In this document: positions 54,382 to 64,000 of the stretch, one piece after another | How positions within the stretch are numbered: the stretch's first letter is position 1 | Layout of the letters: the number at the start of each line of letters is the position of its first letter | NCBI GenBank assembly: GCA_964016885.1 | Contig: OZ024744.1 | Span: 80,228,001 to 80,292,000 of the forward strand | Direction: 5' to 3' | DNA from: Eledone cirrhosa | Lineage: Eukaryota | Length of the DNA: 64,000 nucleotides | The notes under the pieces: generated by a model | Seen by the model: only the letters and a program-made list of their open reading frames with translations | Told to the model about the DNA's origin: nothing | Database searches by the model: none | Position numbers and translations under genes: made by a program

Positions 54382-54542
54382 TCACATACACACACACATA
54401 TGTGTATCAGTGTGTGTATATATATATATATATATGTGTGTAAACACGGTTGATTAGTTGTTTCTTGTGTGTAGGTGGATGGATATATAGATGTAATAGA
54501 GGGTGCGTGGGCGCGTAAAGGGGAGAAATGTATATAGATATG

Positions 54543-54627
<85 letters not shown>

Positions 54628-54644
54628 GTATATACACACACACA

Positions 54645-54817
54645 ATACATATATATATATATATATATATACGTTTAAAGGGAGAATGAAATGTATAAAC
54701 GTAACAAATATATCATATATCTATATATATATGAATACAACGAATACAACGTATATATATATATATATATATATATATTCCTTTAAAGAGAGAATGAAAT
54801 GAATAAGCGAAACAAAT

Positions 54818-54848
<31 letters not shown>

Positions 54849-54859
54849 TAATATATATA

Positions 54860-54919
<60 letters not shown>

Positions 54920-55043
54920 ATACATGTATATATGTACGTTTAAAGGGAGAATGAAATGTATAAACGCAACAAATATATCATATATCTATATATATGAATA
55001 CAACGAATACAACGTATATATATATATATATATATATGTATGA

Positions 55044-55078
<35 letters not shown>

Positions 55079-55131
55079 AATGAAAAGTATATACGTTTAA
55101 AGAGAGAATGAAATGAATAAGCGAAACAAAT

Positions 55132-55145
<14 letters not shown>
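54645..55145. repeat. Local tandem duplication
   Basis: cgtttaaagggagaatgaaatgtataaacg...gaatacaacgaatacaacg...tttaaaagagagaatgaaatgaataagcgaaac occurs twice. Confidence 0.8.
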
Positions 55146-55206
<61 letters not shown>

Positions 55207-55357
55207 ATATATATACACTCTAACTGAAAATACGTTGTTTATATTATAAACAAGTTTGCACAACACGCGCGCGCACGTGCCATACACACACATGCACGCG
55301 CCTCTTAAAGAATATGTATGAAAATTAAAAGAAAAATATAAATAATTTGAATGAAAT

Positions 55358-55560
55358 ACTTACCATGGTTGTTGTTGTTGTTGTTATTCTTGTTGTTATT
55401 ATTTTTCTCTCCCCCCCTTTGCCTGTCGGAATGCTGTTAAGGAAGCAAAATGCGATCTGACTATCGGTGGCTGCAACAGTGGTGATTGATAAAACCGAAT
55501 GTGTGGGGAGAAAAAACAACAAAAACAAAAAAAAAACAACAAACAGACGACGTCACAGGT
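55358..55560 (-). other. Candidate host first exon ending in ATG followed by a splice donor
   Basis: Minus strand acaaccATG|GTAAGT at 55366-55358; non-repetitive sequence upstream with a CRE-like tgacgtc near 55549-55555. Confidence 0.4.
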
Positions 55561-55649
55561 TACCGAAGCTTTCGTATCGATTTCTACTCACACTCCAACT
55601 TTCTAACTCATTTACTCCCCCCTCTCTCTCTCTGTCTCTCTTCCCCTCT

Positions 55650-55734
55650 ATTTCTCTCTCTCTTACACACACCTTCTCTATCATTCGCTAGCTTCTACTT
55701 GTGCATGCTCTCTTTTTCTCTCTCTATATATATA

Positions 55735-55767
<33 letters not shown>

Positions 55768-55908
55768 CTAAAATGCCTTTATGGTAAATAAAGAAATATA
55801 TCTATCTATTTCTCTCTTACACACACCCTCACTACCATTCGCTAGCTTCTACATGCATATGCTCTCTTTCTTTCTCTCTATCTATGTCTTTCTTTCTCTC
55901 TATCTATG

Positions 55909-55951
<43 letters not shown>

Positions 55952-56540
55952 CTGTCATTCACTAGCTTCTAATTACGTATGCTCTCTCTCTCTCCTACTC
56001 TCACTTTCTCTTACATATACCCTCACTATCATTCGCTAGATTCTACTTACGTATACCCTCTCTATCTCTCTCTCTCTCTTACACACACCTTCTCTATCAT
56101 TTGCTAGACCCTACATACGTATACTCTCTTTATTTCTCTTTCTCTCTCTCACATACACCCTCTCTATCATTCACTAGATTCTACTTACGCATACTCTCTC
56201 TCTCTCTCTCTCCCTCTTACACATTTTCTCTATCGTTCGTTAGATTCTACTTACGTATACTCTTTTACTCTCTCTTTCTCAATTACACACTCTTTCTATC
56301 ATTCACTAGATTCTACTTACGCATACTCTCTCTCTCTTTCTAGTTCTTCCTCTCTCTCTCTCTCTTTCTAGTTCTTCCTTTCTCTCTCTCTCTTTCTAGT
56401 TCTTCCTTTCTCTCTCTCTTACACACTCTCTCTATCATTCGATAGCTTCTAGTTACGCATACTCTCTCTCTCTGTCGTACACACACACACACACGCACTC
56501 TCTCTATCGTTCGCTAGATCTACTAACACATACTCTCTAT
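55650..56540. repeat. Degenerate CT-rich minisatellite
   Basis: Recurring ctatcattc(g/a)ctag(c/a)ttctacttacg(c/t)atactc separated by (CT)n. Confidence 0.85.
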
Positions 56541-56907
56541 ATATTCATATATATATATCATCGTATATATTCATATATATATATATATATCATCGTCGCT
56601 CGCTTGCTGCATCACTTCCATCGCTTGTTGCCACTCTCTTTCTATTTACCCCTCCTTTTTTCTTTTTTTTAACCTTCTATTTTACTTTCTTTCGTCGCTC
56701 GTCATCTCACACAATCATACTCATACACAGAGAAAGTGAGATAGAGAAAGAGAGGGTTACGTTCTCTTTTCCTCTGGCTAAAGAGAGAGAGAGAGAGAGA
56801 GATACGGAGAAAGAGACTGATAGACAAACATTAATCGTACCAGTAATACACTGGAATAATTGCTGGCCTTGTGCCAAAAGTAGAAACAATTAATCAGTCA
56901 GACATAT

Positions 56908-56975
<68 letters not shown>

Positions 56976-57016
56976 GAGGTTATATTTAATTTATATATAT
57001 ATATAAATGAAGTAAT

Positions 57017-57150
57017 TCCGTCGGAAAAGTCCAGGAAAAAAGAGTGCTCTATGTAGGTAACAGAGCTTAATTATTATTATGTAATAAACAACATAAGGCA
57101 ATTATTGGTAAATGGAATAATTGCCTTATGTTGTTTATTACATAATAATA
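57017..57150 (-). mobile_element. Fold-back insert of the 63303 HHR family
   Basis: Arms about 57072-57106 and 57116-57150; tail ggaaaag...agagtgctctatgt. Confidence 0.7.
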
Positions 57151-57183
<33 letters not shown>

Positions 57184-58020
57184 AAGAAATAGATAGATGG
57201 GTAGGTAGATGATAGATACATATATTTGAAGATAGCTAGATAAATATGTGGATAGACAGACAGATAGATCTCAAGCGAGAGATGTGGAAAAAGAATAGCA
57301 GCAGCAGCACCATGAATCAATTAGTGGTTGGTAAATCTGCTGAAAATAGTAGCTAAATCTCTCTCAAAATGACGCACTTTGTCTTTTTCTTTTTTATAAA
57401 GGAAGGATATATTAGTTAATTTAGTCATAGATACAGTCTATAAACCCCCTCCCCCCAGCAAACTAACGACATTGCCATGGCTGGAATGCTTTTGATCATA
57501 AAGGTCTGCTGGAACAAGAGTTACACTTGGGTTAAACAACACAAGCAACAGTAAATTAAAGGTTAAGATTAAAATACATATTACATAAGGCATTTCATAA
57601 GCTCTTAATATAGGACAAAAAATTGAGGTTTGTGAAATGCCATATATCATGTGCGCACGCGTGTGTGTGTGTATTTGTGTGTGTGTTCTTTTTAAACGCA
57701 CACACAGACACAAGGAAGAGAAGAAGAAAAATTAATGCTCATTTGCATAGATTGCAATTTTTTTTTTTTAATTCATTCAAAGGTGATAATTCTATTCCGT
57801 CGCTACCGCGACTTCCGGGTGTCTTTGCTTACATGCATCACCCTTCAGTCGACAAAAGAGATAGTAGGTACGTACGTATGTGTGTATGTGTATGTGTTAG
57901 TGTCTGAGTGTGTTTGTGTGCATGTACACACATATTTTCGTATATGTATGTTCATATATATATATATGAATATATGTTATGGAATACTGTTAGCTTCTCG
58001 CTATAATTTCTATACCTTTC

Positions 58021-58140
<120 letters not shown>

Positions 58141-58329
58141 ATATTTATATATTTATATATATATATATATTTATATATTTATAGATATTTATATATATAT
58201 ATTTATAGATATTTATATATATATATTTATATATATATATATATTTATATATATTTATATATATATATATTTATATATATTTATATATATATTTATTTAT
58301 ATATATTTATATATATATATATTTATATA

Positions 58330-58389
<60 letters not shown>

Positions 58390-58490
58390 TATATATATGT
58401 CTATATATATTCATATATATATATACATGCAGTTGTCCCCTGGGGGTTACGTTCCTAGAGCACCCGCGAATATTGGACGTGGTCCATAAT

Positions 58491-58655
58491 AATCGTTTCT
58501 ACTTTTGACACAAGGCCAGCAAATACTGGTATTTTATTTTATCGACCCCGTAAGGATGAAAGGCAAAGTTAACCTCGGCGGGATTTGAACTCAGTCCGTA
58601 AAGGGACGTAACTCTGCTGCAATGCATAGCGCCCGACCCTCTACCGATATGCCAA
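58491..58655 (-). mobile_element. tRNA-derived SINE (major family)
   Basis: Reverse complement of the family consensus. Confidence 0.8.
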
Positions 58656-59670
58656 TCAACCACCCTCATACGGTATATTGTTAATAATTTAGCGTTAAAA
58701 AGCGTGAAAAAATATATATTGCCACGAAAAAAGCCATAAAGAAGGCGTGGAAGATTACGATTTCGCGAATTTGCGATGGTTTCCAATTATTAGTTAGGTT
58801 CTAAGGAAAATTCCGCGAATGCCGGGGTTATAATGTATATATATATAAAACAGTAAGTAGAGTAATGCTATCTATTATCTCCAGACGCGAGCAGCATATT
58901 CACAGGGACATCCACTGGCAAGTTTTACCATCAATATAAATTCTTCACATTATAGCGAATCATGGTTCTACTTTATAGCCATCATTGATCTGTCATTTTC
59001 TATTCCTTTCAGAAATTGTTGTTGTTGTTGTTGTCGTTGTCGTCGTCGTCGTTGTTGTTTTTTTTCTGAGACAAATTAGCAATTTTTTATTGCATAGATA
59101 TTACATGAGTGTGTGTGTTGGTGTTTTTGTGTGTGATTTGTAGACTTTGATTCATTCTTTTAAGTAATTTGTATTCACCGTTCCATCCGCAGTTAATGTT
59201 CGCCACCCTGGTGGTTTTTATGTATTTATGTACCCAGTACAACCTGTCGCATGGTCGGGTCGTCTGTACACCCTGCAGGACAAAAAACAAAACCTGACAA
59301 AGGGCGGAAGAACTCATAAGAGTCAACAACCATCCAAAAATGTGTAAATATGTATATACGCGGCGACATAAAAATAATCGGACTGGATACCTAATCGCGC
59401 GGTTAAACCCCTGGGAGTGAAGGACTCCTTGCCTTTGTCAGAGCATTCTTCTAGGAGAAGGCAACTCGGGAAACTGGGATAACTCCGATATAAAACCTGC
59501 GGCTCAGTAGTTACCGATGATGTTGATCTTTTCTTCTTTTCGGGTTATAACTACTGTCGCTCAGAGAGTGGGATTGGCTCAGTGCACAGTCTTTCCTCAC
59601 TTAAAAAAATATCTGATGTTAGTTAACTGGAAAGTTTGTTGAAATGAATATCAAGCCACTACCTGCAGCC

Positions 59671-60611
59671 TCAGATATTCAGGACGTATCGGAGGGTTCT
59701 TGCTATTCCCAGCAAGCATGCCTTTTGAAGCGTTCCAAAAAGCGTGGAGGGGCCAATTTTCTTTAACCATCCCTGGAAACTTTTTGAGATAGTACCTAGT
59801 GCGCCTATGACAATCGGGACCACTTTGACTTCATGGCAGTTCCAAATCCTTTTTACCTCCAACTTTAAGTCCTGGTATCGGTTAATTTTCTCCCTCTCCT
59901 TCTCTTGCACTCTCGTGTCGAATGGGCAGGCCACATCCACAATCAGGCACGATCTTTTTTCTTTGTCCACAACCACCAGGTCAGGTCTATTGTGTTCCAG
60001 TTTCTTGTCCGTCTGTATCCTAAAATACCACAGCACCTTCACCTGGTCGTTTTCTATCACCGACTCTGGCTTATGCTCATACCACTTCTCAGAATGTGGT
60101 AAATTGTTTACTTTGCATAGGTGCCAGTGGATCACCCTGCCCATCACATCATGTCTCCAGCCCTTATAGTGAGTCTGGGCTAGGTGTTTACACTCGGATA
60201 CAATGTGAGCCACAGTCTCCTCTCTCTCTCCACAGATCCTGCACAGTGGGCTAGCCTCCTCCTTGTAAATATGGTGTTTCAACCACTTCGTTTTGAGGGC
60301 CTGCTCCTGCGCAGCCATTAACATTCCTTCTGTAGCCTTTTTAAGGTCTCCTCTTTTCAACCAGTTCCATGTCTGTGGATCTCTGAATTCAGTTTTCTCA
60401 AAGAAGGTACTATGAATGGATTTTTCCTGAAGGCTGTTCTTTCTCCTTGATGTTATTTCCTCCTTGGACATCCCCTGGTCTATTGTCCCCTCCTTCAGTA
60501 CAGTTCTGAGCATTGGCTCCTTACTATCAGTCACGTATTTGTGTAGGTTGTTTTTCTCCATCTGAACACAGTCCTCTATGCTGATAAGACCTCTTCCACC
60601 TTCAGATCTCC
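59671..60611 (-). mobile_element. R4/Dong-like non-LTR retrotransposon, C-terminal zinc knuckle and restriction-like endonuclease, 5'-truncated
   Basis: Uninterrupted frame with GGRGL, CRICGEREETVAHIVSEC (CCHC), RHD, RPDLVV, DVACP and EKINRY; 5' junction at (TAA)n 60612-60660. Confidence 0.9.
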
Positions 60612-60660
<49 letters not shown>

Positions 60661-60821
60661 GTTTTTTTTTGTTTTGTTTTTTTCTCGTGCAATGGCCATA
60701 CTCGATAACGAGAGGGCAGCCATCATGTATGTATGTAAAAGGTAAAAAGAAATAACAACACAATCAGTACAGTGTATGGAAGGAATATATTAGGTTAATG
60801 CTTGAAACAGCAGGAAGAGGA

Positions 60822-60857
60822 TCTTAACGTTTCGGACGCTAGTCCTTCATCAGAAAA
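60822..60857 (-). ncRNA. Minimal hammerhead ribozyme motif (GGAC-TAGC-GTCC family)
   Basis: Minus strand: tttt CTGATGA a ggac tagc gtcc GAAA cg TT^aaga. Confidence 0.8.
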
Positions 60858-60893
60858 AAGAATGAAAAATTAAAAAGATTGAAGGGACAGTTG

Positions 60894-62378
<1,485 letters not shown>

Positions 62379-62854
62379 TCAAATTAAAACGTCGAGTTAA
62401 ACATTCTCAATAATCTCCTACAATCAAGTAAGCTCAAGGAACAAATTTTCAAGATCTTTATAAAACAGTAAAGAGAGAAATACACATACATAAATGTGTT
62501 CGCTCATAGAGGATAAGAAACCACCAGGGTGACGAACATATTAACAACGGATGGAACGGTGAATACAAATTAAGTAAAAGAATAAATCAAAGTGTACAAA
62601 CCGACCATTATAACTATAACATCCAGACATGTTCAAAGTTGAATCATGTTTTGGCTATAATGTGAAGAATTTATATTACAGTCGTAGCTCTTCAATGGAT
62701 ACCCTGCAAAGACGAACTTCATTTCTAGACATATACTAGATAACTAAAAATATATATATATAAATAAACGCACATGGTGTGACATGGTGTAAGGCCGCTA
62801 AAAATAGCAGCCCAGAACCATTCAACTTGAAAAAGCTCTACTAACATAAATAAT

Positions 62855-63065
62855 GGTTTCTTATATAGGCACAAGGCCAGTAATTTGGGGGGAGGGGAAA
62901 GTCGATTAAATCGACCCCAGTGCATGACTGGTACTTTATTTTATCGACCCCATAAGGATGAAAGGCAAAGTTAACCTCGGTGGGATTTGAGCTCAGATCA
63001 TAAAGAGCCGTAACTCTATGCTGCAAAGCATGGCGTCCGACCCTCTACCGATACTGCCAATCTAC
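62855..63065 (-). mobile_element. tRNA-derived SINE (major family, longer variant)
   Basis: Reverse complement of the family consensus. Confidence 0.85.
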
Positions 63066-63302
63066 CACTCTTTGTATTAAAAAAACTGTGAAGAGAGCAA
63101 TACACTTACATATATGAAACCACCAGAGTGACGAACATATTAACTACTATGATTGAACACATATATTTATGTATTTCTCTCCTTACTGATATGTGTGTGC
63201 GCGTGTGTGTTAAGTATTTCCGTAGAAAAGGTAAAAGAATGAAGAGTGCTCTATGTGTAGTACAGAGCTATTTATTTATGTAATAAACAACACATTATAG
63301 TT

Positions 63303-63375
63303 ATTCCATTACCCAAAGTTTCGCGAAGTTAGATGATTCTAACAGAAACGTCTGATATCGTTCATCAGATGAAAT
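63303..63375 (-). ncRNA. Type I hammerhead ribozyme motif
   Basis: Minus strand: atttcat CTGATGA acg...cgc GAAA ctttggg TA^atggaat; a 14-bp inverted copy follows at 63376-63389. Confidence 0.75.
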
Positions 63376-63546
63376 ATTTCATCTGATGACTGATGAAACC
63401 CTTAGGTAAGGGTTGGCACGAATCCCGTATTGAAGATAGCAAGTTTCTCTTTTACAACTGCCTCCCTTCTTCTGATTACTGGATGCTGAAGCTGGCGCTA
63501 TTTCTTGAAACTTAAAAATGACATATTTCAGAACTTCTGTTGACGC

Positions 63547-63920
63547 ATGACTTCACTAGAAGAGAAAGTAAACTGCGTTCTTTAGTTGGCTGAACTAAAA
63601 TCTACTGTCACTGTTCAAAGAAGGTTTGGAACTTGTTACAATAAATGAGCACCACACAGGAATTCCATATCCAAGTAGATGAAGAAATTTAAAGAAACAG
63701 GTTCGGTCAATTATAAGTCATAATCTGGGAGACTATGTGTTGGTGAAGAAACTGTAACATCTGCAGAATAAGCTTTTGTGGAAATTCCAATAAAACTCTT
63801 TAGAGGAGGCTTTCAAAATTTACTGTGCATAAGATTCTGTGGAAAAGAATTCACATGAAAGCGTAGAAAATCCAAATACATCAAATGTTGTTAGAAGAGG
63901 ATTATCATGCATGTAAAGAT
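63547..63920 (+). pseudogene. Tc1/mariner-superfamily transposase N-terminal HTH remnant
   Basis: Manual translation MTSLEEKVNCVL*LAELKSTVTVQRRFGTCYNK*APHRNSISK*MKKFKETGSV...SGR, with several stops. Confidence 0.75.
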
Positions 63921-63928
63921 AGTGAAGG

Positions 63929-64000
63929 TGCGTGGTTTTGTGGTTAGGGTATTCAGTTCACAATCGCAAGGTCGTGAGTTCGATTCCTGGTGCCGCGTTA
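63929..64000 (+). mobile_element. tRNA-like SINE head, cut by the window end
   Basis: gcgtggttttgtggttaggg ... ggtcgtgagttcgattcctgg. Confidence 0.65.

Noticed and set aside
63929-64000. tRNA gene
   Set aside because: It has A/B boxes but no complete cloverleaf, and it resembles the SINE heads elsewhere in the window.

Overview
AT-rich, microsatellite-saturated animal genomic DNA. The SINE, RTE and microsatellite repertoire looks like Octopus or another cephalopod (inference only). There is a 200-N assembly gap at 21452-21651. No complete host gene is recognisable; the best candidate is a minus-strand ATG|GTAAGT first exon near 55364. Recognisable coding remnants all come from transposons: an RTE-clade reverse transcriptase, an R4/Dong-like restriction-endonuclease LINE, a Tc1/mariner N-terminus and a Penelope-type GIY-YIG endonuclease. 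The main signal is non-coding. About 20 type I hammerhead ribozyme (HHR) motifs, from roughly ten sequence families, sit in short inserts inside (TA)n/(CA)n/(TACA)n tracts. Many inserts are asymmetric fold-backs. Their short arm stops at a TA-rich site just before an ACTC...GAGT hairpin shared by several families, and their fold-back centre falls in or next to the ribozyme. One 2-kb copy links this architecture to a Penelope-like element. All structures and alignments were read by eye, so boundaries are approximate.
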